From Leptogorgia sarmentosa (Eukaryota): a stretch of DNA of 64,000 bases. Of the stretch, positions 50,601 through 64,000 are shown piece after piece. A program made the translations under genes and the position numbers. Where the stretch lies: NCBI GenBank assembly GCA_964658305.1, contig OZ210885.1, forward strand, positions 14,632,001 to 14,696,000, given 5' to 3'. The notes beneath the pieces were generated by a model that worked only from the letters and a program-made list of their open reading frames with translations, was not told the DNA's origin and ran no database searches. Each line of letters starts with the position of its first letter. Within the stretch, counting starts at the first letter, position 1.

Positions 50601-53600
50601 CTGAAGTTGAAATTGAAAGCAAACCTATTTACAAACACACATACAATAAAATGAAGCAAGTCTACAACACAAAGTATTCCCAGGTAGTCACCCATCCAAG
50701 TACTAACTTTGCCCACCTAGGCTTAACTTCGGTGATCAGACGAGAACCGGTATTTTCCTACTGGTATGGTCGTAGACATTTGTTGATGGAAGTAACACTT
50801 TTTAAACGTGTAACAATAACAAAACCCTGAAGTTGAAATTGAAAGCAAACCTATTTACAAACACACATACAATAAAATGAAGCAAGTCTACAACACAAAG
50901 TATTCCCAGGTAGTCACCCATCCAAGTACTGACTTTGCCCACCTAGGCTTACCTTCGGTGATCAGACGAGAACCGGTATTTTCCTACTGGTATCATCGTA
51001 GACATTTGTTGATGGAAGTAACACTTTTTAAACGTGTAACAATAAAAAAACCCTGAAGTTGAAATTGAAAGCAAACCTATTTACAAACACACATACAATA
51101 AAATCAAGCAAGTCTACAACACAAAGTATTCCCAGGTGGTCACCCATCCAAGTACTAACTTTTCCCACCTAGGCCTAACTTCGGTGATCAGACGAGAACC
51201 GGTATTTTCCCACTGGTATGGTCGTAGACACTTGTTGATGGAAGTTACACTTTTTAAACGTGTAACAATAACAAAACCCTGAAGTTGAAATTGAAAGCAA
51301 ACCTATTTACAAACACACATACAATAAAATGAAGCAAGTCTACAACACAAAGTATTCCCAGGTAGTCACCCATCCAAGTACTAACTTTGCCCACCTAGGC
51401 CTAACTTCGGTGATGAGACGAGAACCGGTATTTTCCTACTCGTACGGTCGTAGACATTTGTTGATGGAAGTTACACTTTTTAAACGTGTAACAATGACAA
51501 AACACTGAAGTTGAAATTGAAAGGAATTATATTTACAAATAGGCATTAAATAACATTTAGCAAAACAACAATACAAAGTATTTCCAGATATAGCAATAAC
51601 AAAATCCCTGAAGTTTACATTGAAAGCAAACCTATTTACAAACACACATACAATAAAATGAAGCAAGTCTACAACACAAAGTATTCCCAGGTGGTCACCC
51701 ATCCAAGTACTAACTCTGCCCACCTAGGCTTAACTTCGGTGATCAGACGAGAACCGGTATTTTCCTACTGGTATGGTCGTAGACATTTGTTGATGGAAGT
51801 TACACTTTTTCAACGTGTAACAATAACAAAACCCTGAAGTTGAAATTGAAAGCAAACCTATTTACAAACACACATACAATAAAATGAAGCAAGTCTACAA
51901 CACAAAGTATTCCCAGGTAGTCACCCATCCAAGTACTAACTTTGCCCACCTAGGCTTAACTTCGGTGATCAGACGAGAACCGGTATTTTCCTACTGGTAT
52001 GGTCGTAGACATTTGTTGATGGAAGTAACACTTTTTAAACGTGTAACAATAACAAAACCCTGAAGTTGAAATTGAAAGCAAACCTATTTACAAACACACA
52101 TACAATAAAATGAAGCAAGTCTACAACACAAAGTATTCCCAGGTAGTCACCCATCCAAGTACTGACTTTGCCCACCTAGGCTTACCTTCGGTGATCAGAC
52201 GAGAACCGGTATTTTCCTACTGGTATCATCGTAGACATTTGTTGATGGAAGTAACACTTTTTAAACGTGTAACAATAAAAAAACCCTGAAGTTGAAATTG
52301 AAAGCAAACCTATTTACAAACACACATACAATAAAATCAAGCAAGTCTACAACACAAAGTATTCCCAGGTGGTCACCCATCCAAGTACTAACTTTTCCCA
52401 CCTAGGCCTAACTTCGGTGATCAGACGAGAACCGGTATTTTCCCACTGGTATGGTCGTAGACACTTGTTGATGGAAGTTACACTTTTTAAACGTGTAACA
52501 ATAACAAAACCCTGAAGTTGAAATTGAAAGCAAACCTATTTACAAACACACATACAATAAAATGAAGCAAGTCTACAACACAAAGTATTCCCAGGTAGTC
52601 ACCCATCCAAGTACTAACTTTGCCCACCTAGGCCTAACTTCGGTGATCAGACGAGAACCGGTATTTTCCTACTTGTACGGTCGTAGACATTTGTTGATGG
52701 AAGTTACACTTTTTAAACGTGTAACAATAACAAAACACTGAAGTTGAAATTGAAAGGAATTATATTTACAAATAGGCATTAAATAACATTTAGCAAAACA
52801 ACAATACAAAGTATTTCCAGATATAGCAATAACAAAATCCCTGAAGTTTACATTGAAAGCAAACCTATTTACAAACACACATACAATAAAATGAAGCAAG
52901 TCTACAACACAAAGTATTCCCAGGTGGTCACCCATCCAAGTACTAACTCTGCCCACCTAGGCTTAACTTCGGTGATCAGACGAGAACCGGTATTTTCCTA
53001 CTGGTATGGTCGTAGACATTTGTTGATGGAAGTTACACTTTTTCAACGTGTAACAATAACAAAACCCTGAAGTTGAAATTGAAAGCAAACCTATTTACAA
53101 ACACACATACAATAAAATGAAGCAAGTCTACAACACAAAGTATTCCCAGGTAGTCACCCATCCAAGTACTAACTTTGCCCACCTAGGCTTAACTTCGGTG
53201 ATCAGACGAGAACCGGTATTTTCCTACTGGTATGGTCGTAGACATTTGTTGATGGAAGTAACACTTTTTAAACGTGTAACAATAACAAAACCCTGAAGTT
53301 GAAATTGAAAGCAAACCTATTTACAAACACACATACAATAAAATGAAGCAAGTCTACAACACAAAGTATTCCCCGGTAGTCACCCATCCAAGTACTGACT
53401 TTGCCCACCTAGGCTTACCTTCGGTGATCAGACGAGAACCGGTATTTTCCTACTGGTATCATCGTAGACATTTGTTGATGGAAGTAACACTTTTTAAACG
53501 TGTAACAATAACAAAACCCTGAAGTTGAAATTGAAAGCAAACCTATTTACAAACACACATACAATAAAATGAAGCAAGTCTACAACACAAAGTATTCCCA

Positions 53601-56600
53601 GGTGGTCACCCATCCAAGTACTAACTTGGCCCACTTAGGCTTAACTTCGGTGATCAGACGAGAACCGGTATTTTCCTACTGGTATGGTCGTAGACATTTG
53701 TTGATGGAAGTTACACTTTTTAAACGTGTAACAATAACAAAACCCTGAAGTTGAAATTGAAAGCAAACCTATTTACAAACACACATACAATAAAATGAAG
53801 CAAGTCTACAACACAAAGTATTCCCAGGTGGTCACCCATCCAAGTACTAACTTTGCCCACCTAGGCTTAACTTCGGTGATCAGACGAGAACCGGTATTTT
53901 CCTACTCGTACGGTCGTAGACATTTGTTGATGGAAGTTACACTTTTTAAACGTGTAACAATAACAAAACCCTGAAGTTGAAATTGAAAGGAATTATATTT
54001 ACAAATAGGCATTAAATAACATTTAGCAAAACAACAATACAAAGTATTTCCAGATGTAGCAATAACAAAATCCCTGAAGTTTACATTGAAAGCAAACCTA
54101 TTTACAAACACACATACAATAAAATGAAGCAAGTCTACAACACAAAGTATTCCTAGGTAGTCACCCATCCAAGTACTAACTTTGCCCACCTAGGCTTAAC
54201 TTCGGTGATCAGACGAGAACCGGTATTTTCCTACTGGTATGGTCGTAGACATTTGTTGATGGAAGTAACACTTTTTAAACGTGTAACAATAACAAAACCC
54301 TGAAGTTGAAATTGAAAGCAAACCTATTTACAAACACACATACAATAAAATGAAGCAAGTCTACAACACAAAGTATTCCCAGGTAGTCACCCATCCAAGT
54401 ACTGACTTTGCCCACCTAGGCTTAACTTCGGTGATCAGACGAGAACCGGTATTTTCCTACTCGTACGGTCGTAGACATTTGTTGATGGAAGTTACACTTT
54501 TTAAACGTGTAACAATAACAAAACCCTGAAGTTGAAATTGAAAGGAATTATATTTACAAATAGGCATTAAATAACATTTAGCAAAACAACAATACAAAGT
54601 ATTTCCAGATGTAGCAATAACAAAATCCCTGAAGTTTACATTGAAAGCAAACCTATTTACAAACACACATACAATAAAATGAAGCAAGTCTACAACACAA
54701 AGTATTCCCAGGTAGCCACCCATCCAAGTAGTAACTTCGGTGATCAGACGAGAACCGGTATTTTCCTACTGGTATGGTCGTAGACATTTGTTGATGGAAG
54801 TAACACTTTTTAAACGTGTAACAATAACAAAACCCTGAAGTTGAAATTGAAAGCAAACCTATTTACAAACACACATACAATAAAATGAAGCAAGTCTACA
54901 ACACAAAGTATTCCCAGGTAGTCACCCATCCAAGTACTAACTTTGCCCACCTAGGCTTACCTTCGGTGATCAGACGAGAACCGGTATTTTCCTACTGGTA
55001 TCATCGTAGACATTTGTTGATGGAAGTAACACTTTTTAAACGTGTAACAATAACAAAACCCTGAAGTTGAAATTGAAAGCAAACCTATTTACAAACACAC
55101 ATACAATAAAATGAAGCAAGTCTACAACACAAAGTATTCCCAGGTGGTCACCCATCCAAGTACTAACTTTGCCCACCTAGGCTTAACTTCGGTGATCAGA
55201 CGAGAACCGGTATTTTCCTACTCGTACGGTCGTAGACATTTGTTGATGGAAGTTACACTTTTTAAACGTGTAACAATAACAAAACCCTGAAGTTGAAATT
55301 GAAAGGAATTATATTTACAAATAGGCATTAAATAACATTTAGCAAAACAACAATACAAAGTATTTCCAGATGTAGCAATAACAAAATCCCTGAAGTTTAC
55401 ATTGAAAGCAAACCTATTTACAAACACACATACAATAAAATGAAGCAAGTCTACAACACAATGTATTCCCAGGTAGTCACCCATCCAAGTACTGACTTTG
55501 CCCACCTAGGCTTACCTTCGGTGATCAGACGAGAACCGGTATTTTCCTACTGGTATCATCGTAGACATTTGTTGATGGAAGTAACACTTTTTAAACGTGT
55601 AACAATAACAAAACCCTGAAGTTGAAATTGAAAGCAAACCTATTTACAAACACACATACAATAAAATGAAGCAAGTCTACAACACAAAGTATTCCCAGGT
55701 GGTCACCCATCCAAGTACTAACTTTGCCCACTTAGGCTTAACTTCGGTGATCAGACGAGAACCGGTATTTTCCTACTGGTATGGTCGTAGAAATTTGTTG
55801 ATGGAAGTTACACTTTTTAAACGTGTAACAATAACAAAACCCTGAAGTTGAAATTGAAAGCAAACCTGTTTACAAACACACATACAATAAAATGAAGCAA
55901 GTCTACAACACAAAGTATTCCCAGGTGGTCACCCATCCAAGTACTAACTTTGCCCACCTAGGCTTAACTTCGGTGATCAGACGAGAACCGGTATTTTCCT
56001 ACTCGTACGGTCGTAGACATTTGTTGATGGAAGTTACACTTTTTAAACGTGTAACAATAACAAAACCCTGAAGTTGAAATTGAAAGGAATTATATTTACA
56101 AATAGGCATTAAATAACATTTAGCAAAACAACAATACAAAGTATTTCCAGATGTAGCAATAACAAAATCCCTGAAGTTTACATTGAAAGCAAACCTATTT
56201 ACAAACACACATACAATAAAATGAAGCAAGTCTACAACACAAAGTATTCCCAGGTAGCCACCCATCCAAGTAGTAACTTCGGTGATCAGACGAGAACCGG
56301 TATTTTCCTACTGGTATGGTCGTAGACATTTGTTGATGGAAGTAACACTTTTTAAACGTGTAACAATAACAAAACCCTGAAGTTGAAATTGAAAGCAAAC
56401 CTATTTACAAACACACATACAATAAAATGAAGCAAGTCTACAACACAAAGTATTCCCAGGTAGTCACCCATGCAAGTACTAACTTTGCCCACCTAGGCTT
56501 ACCTTCGGTGATCAGACGAGAACCGGTATTTTCCTACTGGTATCATCGTAGACATTTGTTGATGGAAGTAACACTTTTTAAACGTGTAACAATAACAAAA

Positions 56601-59600
56601 CCCTGAAGTTGAAATTGAAAGCAAACCTATTTACAAACACACATACAATAAAATGAAGCAAGTCTACAACACAAAGTATTCCCAGGTGGTCACCCATCCA
56701 ACTACTAACTTTGCCCACCTAGGCTTAACTTCGGTGATCAGACGAGAACCGGTATTTTCCTACTTGTACGGTCGTAGGCATTTGTTGATGCAAGTTACAC
56801 ATTTTAAATGTGTAACAATAACAAAACCCTGAAGTTGAAATTGAAAGGAATTATATTTACAAATAGGCATTAAATAACATTTAGGAAAACAACAATACAA
56901 AGTATTTCCAGATGTAGCAATAACAAAATCCCTGAAGGTTACATTGAAAGCAAACCTATTTACAAACACACATACAATAAAATGAAGCAAGTCTACAACA
57001 CAAAGTATTCCCAGGTGGTCACCCATCCAAGTACTAACTTTGCCCACCTAGGCTTAACTTCGGTGATCAGACGAGAACCGGTATTTTCCTACTGGTATCA
57101 TCGTAAACATTTGTTGATGGAAGTAACACTTTTTAAACGTGTAACAATAACAAAACCCTGAAGTTGAAATTGAAAGCAAACCTATTTACAAACACACATA
57201 CAATAAAATGAAGCAAGTCTACAACACAAAGTATTCCCAGGTGGTCACCCATCCAACTACTAACTTTTCCCACCTAGGCTTAACTTCGGTGATCAGACGA
57301 GAACTAACTTTTCCCACCTAGGCCTAACTTCGGTGATCAGACAAGAACCGGTATTTTCCTACTGGTATGGTCGTAGACATTTGTTGATGGAAGTTACACT
57401 TTTTAAACGTGTAACAATAACAAAACCCTGAAGTTGAAATTGAAAGCAAACCTATTTTAAAACACACATACAATAAAATGAAGCAAGTCTACAGCACAAA
57501 GTATTCCCAGGTGGTCACCCATCCAAGTACTAACTTTTCCCACCTAGGTTTAACTTCGGTGATCAGACGAGAACCGGTATTTTCTTACTGGTATGGTCAT
57601 AGACATTTGTTGATGGAAGTAACACTTTTTAAACGTGTAACAATTACAAAACCCTGAAGTTGAAATTGAAAGCAAACCTATTTACAAACACACATACAAT
57701 AAAATGAAGCAAGTCTACAACACAAAGTATTCCCAGGTGGTCACCCATCTAACTACTAACTTTGCCCACCTAGGCTTAACTTCGGTAATCAGACGAGAAC
57801 CGGTATTTTCCTACTCGTACGGTCGTAGACATTTGTTGATGGAAGTTACACTTTTTAAACGTGTAACAATAACAAAACCCTGAAGTTGAAATTGAAAGGA
57901 ATTATATTTACAAATAGGCATTAAATAACATTTAGCAAAACAACAATACAAAGTATTTCCAGATGTAGCAATAACAAAATCCCTGAAGTTTACATTGAAA
58001 GCAAACCTATTTACAAACACACATACAATAAAATGAAGCAAGTCTACAACACAAAGTATTCCCAGGTGGTCACCCATCCAAGTACTAACTTTGCCCACCT
58101 AGGCTTAACTTCGGTGATCAGATGAGAACCGGTATTTTCCTACTCGTACGGTCGTAGACATTTGTTGATGGAAGTTACACTTTTTAAACGTGTAACAATA
58201 ACAAAACCCTGAAGTTGAAATTGAAAGGAATTATATTTACAAATAGGCATTAAATAACATTTAGCAAAACAACAATACAAAGTATTTCCAGATGTAGCAA
58301 TAACAAAATCCCTGAAGTTTACATTGAAAGCAAACCTATTTACAAACACACATACAATAAAATGAAGCAAGTCTACAACACAAAGTATTCCCAGGTGGTC
58401 ACCCATCCAAGTACTAACTTGCCCACCTAGGCTTAACTTCGGTGATCAGACGAGAACCGGTATTTTCCTACTGGTATGGTCGTAGACATTTGTTGATGGA
58501 AGTTACACTTTTTAAACGTGTAACAATAACAAAACCCTGAAGTTGAAATTGAAAGCAAACCTATTTAAAAACACACATACAATAAAATGAAGCAAATCTA
58601 CAACACAAAGTATTCCCAGGTGGTCACCCATCCAAGTACTAACTTTTCCCACCTAGGCTTAACTTCGGTGATCAGACGAGAACCGGTATTTTCCTAGTGG
58701 TATGGTCGTAGACATTTGTTGATGCAAGTTACACTTTTTAAACGTGTAACAATAACAAAACCCTGAAGTTGAAATTGAAAGGAATTATATTTACAAACAC
58801 ACATACAATAAAATGAAGCAAGTCTACAACACAAAGTATTCCCAGGTAGTCACCCATCCAAGTACTAACTTTGCCCACCTAGGCTTAACTTCGGTGATCA
58901 GACGAGAACCGGTAGTTTCCTACTGGTATGGTCGTAGACATTTGTTGATGGAAGTAACACTTTTTAAACGTGTAACAATAACAAAACCCTGAAGTTGAAA
59001 TTGAAAGGAATTATATTTACAAATAGGCATTAAATAACATTTAGCAAAACAACAATACAAAGTATTTCCAGATGTGGCAATAACAAAATCCTTGAAGTTT
59101 ACATTGAAAGCAAACCTATTTACAAACACACATACAATAAAATGAAGCAAGTCTACAACACAAAGTATTCCCAGGTGGTCACCCATCCAAGTACTAACTT
59201 TGCCCACCTAGGCTTAACTTCGGTGATCAGACGAGAACCGGTATTTTCCTACTCGTACGGTCGTAGACATTTGTTGATGGAAGTTACACTTTTTAAACGT
59301 GTAACAATAACAAAACCCTGAAGTTGAAATTGAAAGGAATTATATTTACAAATAGGCATTAAATAACATTTAGCAAAACAACAATACAAAGTATTTCCAG
59401 ATGTAGCAATAACAAAATCCCTGAAGTTTACATTGAAAGCAAACCTATTTACAAACACACATACAATAAAATGAAGCAAGTCTACAACACAAAGTATTCC
59501 CAGGTGGTCACCCATCCAAGTACTAACTTTTCCCACCTAGGCCTAACTTCGGTGATCAGACGAGAACCGGTATTTTCCCACTGGTATGGTCGTAGACATT

Positions 59601-62600
59601 TGTTGATGGAAGTTACACTTTTTAAACGTGTAACAATAACAAAACCCTGAATTTGAAATTGAAAGCAAACCTATTTACAAACACACATACAATAAAATGA
59701 AGCAAGTCTACAACACAAAGTATTCCCAGGTAGTCACCCATCCAAGTACTGACTTTGCCCACCTAGGCTTAACTTCGGTGATCAGACGAGAACCGGTATT
59801 TTCCTACTGGTATGGTCGTAGACATTTGTTGATGGAAGTTACACTTTTTAAACGTGTAACAATAACAAAACCCTGAAGTTGAAATTGAAAGCAAACCTAT
59901 TTACAAACACACATACAATAAAATGAAGCAAGTCTACAACACAAAGTATTCCCAGGTGGTCACCCATCCAAGTACTAACTTTGCCCACCTAGGCTTAACT
60001 TCGGTGATCAGACGAGAACCGGTATTTTCCTACTCGTACGGTCGTAGACATTTGCTGATGGAAGTTACACTTTTTAAACGTGTAACAATAACAAAACCCT
60101 GAAGTTGAAATTGAAAGGAATTATATTTACAAATAGGCATTAAATAACATTTAGCAAAACAACAATACAAAGTATTTCCAGATGTAGCAATAACAAAATC
60201 CCTGAAGTTTACATTGAAAGCAAACCTATTTACAAACACACATACAATAAAATGAAGCAAGTCTACAACACAAAGTATTCCCAGGTGGTCACCCATCCAA
60301 GTACTAACTTTGCCCACCTAGGCTTAACTTCGGTGATCAGACGAGAACCGGTATTTTCCTACTGGTATGGTCGTAGACATTTGTTGATGGAAGTTACACT
60401 TTTTAAATGTGTAACAATAACAAAACCCTGAAGTTGAAATTGAAAATTACAAACTTAACTTTAAAGTTACACTTTTTAAACGTGTAACAATAACAAAACC
60501 CTGAAGTTGAAATTGGAAGGAATTATATTTACAAATAGGCATTAAATAACATTTAGCAAATCTACAACACAAAGTATTCCCAGGTGGTCACCCATCCAAG
60601 TACTAACTTTTCCCACCTAGGCTTAACTTCGGTGATCAGACGAGAACCGGTATTTTCCTAGTGGTATGGTCGTAGACATTTGTTGATGGAAGTTACACTT
60701 TTTAAACGTGTAACAATAACAAAACCCTAAAGTTGAAATTGAAAGGAATTATATTTACAAACACACATACAATAAAATGAAGCAAGTCTACAACACAAAG
60801 TATTTCCAGGTAGTCACCCATCCAAGTACTAACTTTGCCCACCTAGGCTTAACTTCGGTGATCAGACGAGAACCGGTATTTTCCTACTGGTATCTTCGTA
60901 GACATTTGTTGATGGAAGTAACACTTTTTAAACTTTTAACAATAACAAAACCCTGAAATTGAAATTAAAAGCAAACCTATTTACAAACACACATACAATA
61001 AAATGAAGCAAGTCTACAACACAAAGTATTCCCAGGTGGTCACCCATCCAAGTACAAACTTTGCCCACCTAGGCTTAACTTCGGTGATCAGACGAGAACC
61101 GGTATTTTCCTACTCGTACGGTCGTAGACATTTGTTGATGCAAGTTACACTTTTTAAATGTGTAACAATAACAAAACCCTGAAGTTGAAATTGAAAGCAA
61201 ACCTATTTAAAAACACACATACAATAAAATGAAGCAAATCTACAACACAAAGTATTCCCAGGTGGTCACCCATCCAAGTACTAACTTTTCCCACCTAGGC
61301 TTAACTTCGGTGATCAGACGAGAACCGGTATTTTCCTAGTGGTATGGTCGTAGACATTTGTTGATGCAAGTTACACTTTTTAAACGTGTAACAATAACAA
61401 AACCCTGAAGTTGAAATTGAAAGCAAACCTATTTAAAAACACACATACAATAAAATGAAGCAAGTCTACAACACAAAGTATTCCCAGGTGGTCACCCATC
61501 CAACTACTAACTTTGCCCACCTAGGCTTAACTTCGGTGATCAGACGAGAACCGGTATTTTCCTACTTGTACGGTCGTAGACATTTGTTGATGCAAGTTAC
61601 ACTTTTTAAATGTGTAACAATAACAAAACCCTGAAGTTGAAATTGAAAGGAATTATATTTACAAATAGGCATTAAATAACATTTAGAAAAACAACAATAC
61701 AAAGTATTTCCAGATGTAGCAATAACAAAATCCCTGAAGTTTACATTGAAAGGAAACCTATTTACAAACACACATACAATAAAATGAAGCAAGTCTACAA
61801 CACAAAGTATTCCCAGGTGGTCACCCATCCAAGTACTAACTTTTCCCACCTAGGCCTAACTTCGGTGATCAGACGAGAACCGGCATTTTCCTACTGGTAT
61901 GGTCGTAGACATTTGTTGATGGAAGTTACACTTTTTAAACGTGTAACAATAACAAAACCCTGAAGTTGAAATTGAAAGCAAACCTATTTACAAACACACA
62001 TACAATAAAATGAAGCAAGTCTACAACACTAAGTATTCCCAGGTGGTCACCCATCCAAGTACTAACTTTTCCCACCTAGGCTTAACTTCGGTGATCAGAC
62101 GAGAACCGGTATTTTTCTACTGGTATGGTCGTAGACATTTGTTGATGGAAGTTACACTTTTTAAACGTGTAACAATAACAAAACCCTGAAGTTGAAATTG
62201 AAAGCAAACCTATTTACAAACACACATACAATAAAATGAAGCAAGTCTACAACACAAAGTATTCCCAGGTGGTCGTCCATCCAAGTACTAACTTTTCCCA
62301 CCTAGGCCAAACTTTGGTGATCAGACGAGAACCGGTATTTTCCTACTGGTATGGTCGTAGACATTTGTTGATGGAAGTTACACTTTTTAGACGTGTAACA
62401 ATAACAAAACCCTGAAGTTGAAATTGAAAGCAAACCTATTTACAAACACACATACAATAAAATGAAGCAAGTCTACAACACAAAGTATTCCCAGGTGGTC
62501 ACCCATCCAACTACTAACTTTGCCTACCTAGGCTTAACTTCGGTGATCACACGAGAACCGGTATTTTCCTACTCGTATGGTCGTAGACATTTGTTGATGG

Positions 62601-64000
62601 AAGTTACACTTTTTAAACGTGTAACAATAACAAAACCCTGAAGTTGAAATTGAAAGCAAAGCTATTTACAAACACACATACAATAAAATGAAGGAAGTCT
62701 ACAACACAAAGTATTCCCAGGTGGTCACCCATCCAAGTACTAACTTTGCCCACCTAGGCTTAACTTCGGTGATCATACGAGAACCGGTATTTTCCTACTG
62801 GTATGGTCGTAAACATTTGTTGATGGAAGTTACACTTTTTAAACGTGTAACAATAACAAAACCCTGAAGTTGAAATTGAAAGGAATTATATTTACAAACA
62901 CACATACAATAAAATGAAGCAAGTCTACAACACAAAGTATTCCCAGGTAGTCACCCATCCAAGTACTAACTTTGCCCACCTAGGCTTAACTTCGGTGATC
63001 AGACGAGAACCGGTATTTTCCTACTGGTATCATCGTAGACATTTGTTGATGGAAGTAACACTTTTTAAACGTGTAACAATAACAAAACCCTGAAATTGAA
63101 ATTGAAAGCAAACCTATTTACAAACACACATACAATAAAATGAAGCAAGTCTACAACACAAAGTATTCCTCCGGGTGGTCACCCATCCAACTACTAACTT
63201 TGCCCACCTAGGCTTAACTTCGGTGACCAGACGAGAACCGGTATTTTCCTACTCGTACGATCGTAGACATTTGTTGATGCAAGTTACACTTTTTAAATGT
63301 GTAACAATAACAAAACCCTGAAGTTGAAATTGAAAGGAATTATATTTACAAATAGGCATTAAATAACATTTAGGAAAACAACAATACAAAGTATTTCCAG
63401 ATGTAGCAATAACAAAATCCCTGAAGTTTACATTGAAAGCAAACCTATTTACAAACACACATACAATAAAATGAAGCAAGTCTACAACACAAAGTATTCC
63501 CAGGTGGTCACCCATCCAAGTACTAACTTTTCCCACCTAGGCCTAACTTCGGTGATCAGACGAGAACCGGTATTTTCCCACTGGTATGGTCGTAGACATT
63601 TGTTGATGGAAGTTACACTTTTTAAACGTGTAACAATAACAAAACCCTGAAGTTGAAATTGAAAGCAAACCTATTTACAAACACACATACAATAAAATCA
63701 AGCAAGTCTACAACACAAATTATTCCCAGGTAGTCACCCATCCAAGTACTAACTTTGCCCACCTAGGCTTAACTTCGGTGATCAGACGAGAACCGGTATT
63801 TTCCTACTGGTATGGTCGTAGACATTTGGTGATGGAAGTTACACTTTTTAAACGTGTAACAATAACAAAACCCTGAAGTTGAAATTGAAAGCAAACCTAT
63901 TTACAAACACACATACAATAAAATCAAGCAAGTCTACAACACAAAGTATTCCCAGGTGGTCACCCATCCAAGTACTAACTTTTCCCACCTAGGCTTAACT

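Larger units (their letters stand above)
27785..64000 (-). rRNA. 5S rRNA: Tandem array of ~145 5S rRNA(-like) genes; units of 226 bp (120 gene + 106 spacer) and 329 bp (~33 copies); runs off window end
   Basis: Minus-strand consensus GTCTACGACCATACCAGTAGGAAAATACCGGTTCTCGTCTGATCACCGAAGTTAAGCCTAGGTGGGCAAAGTTAGTACTTGGATGGGTGACCACCTGGGAATACTTTGTGTTGTAGACTT is 120 nt, with terminal helix, box A (AGTTAAGC), loop E (TTAGTA) and box C (TGGATGGG). Unit sizes come from ORF-track spacings (329, 555, 781, 1233). Copy number is estimated. Confidence 0.95.

Noticed and set aside
29423..63536. ~32 near-identical 80-95-aa ORFs (MGKVSTWMGD...) and other short ORFs in the array
   Set aside because: They are chance read-throughs of 5S gene and spacer sequence in the 329-bp unit. 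They overlap structural RNA and have no protein motifs.

Overview
Eukaryotic (animal, plausibly cnidarian-like invertebrate; inference from the 5S sequence and element types) repeat-rich window made of two tandem arrays joined by a 3.9-kb unique island. (1) 1-23891: AT-rich ~128-bp satellite with higher-order repeats. It is interrupted at 13768-18586 by a complete, young Ty3/Gypsy (Mag-like) LTR retrotransposon on the minus strand: 158-bp LTRs with 1 mismatch, TCAAG TSD, tRNA-Ser PBS, PPT and a single 1419-aa gag-pol ORF. (2) 23892-27784: the left part of a probable DNA transposon (IS3EU-like). It has a TACGATGG terminus, heptamer-based subterminal repeats and a frameshifted DDE/integrase-core transposase. 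It also has a convergent, spliced Ig-domain + non-RD protein kinase gene inactivated by a 26-bp duplication. The island is cut off mid-exon by (3) 27785-64000: about 145 tandem minus-strand copies of a divergent 5S rRNA gene, in 226-bp and 329-bp units. The long unit carries a decayed relic of an older 5S unit that still recombines with intact copies. The most novel-looking element is the transposase plus Ig-kinase cassette at the satellite/5S boundary. The repeated 95-aa ORFs in the track are artefacts of the 5S array.
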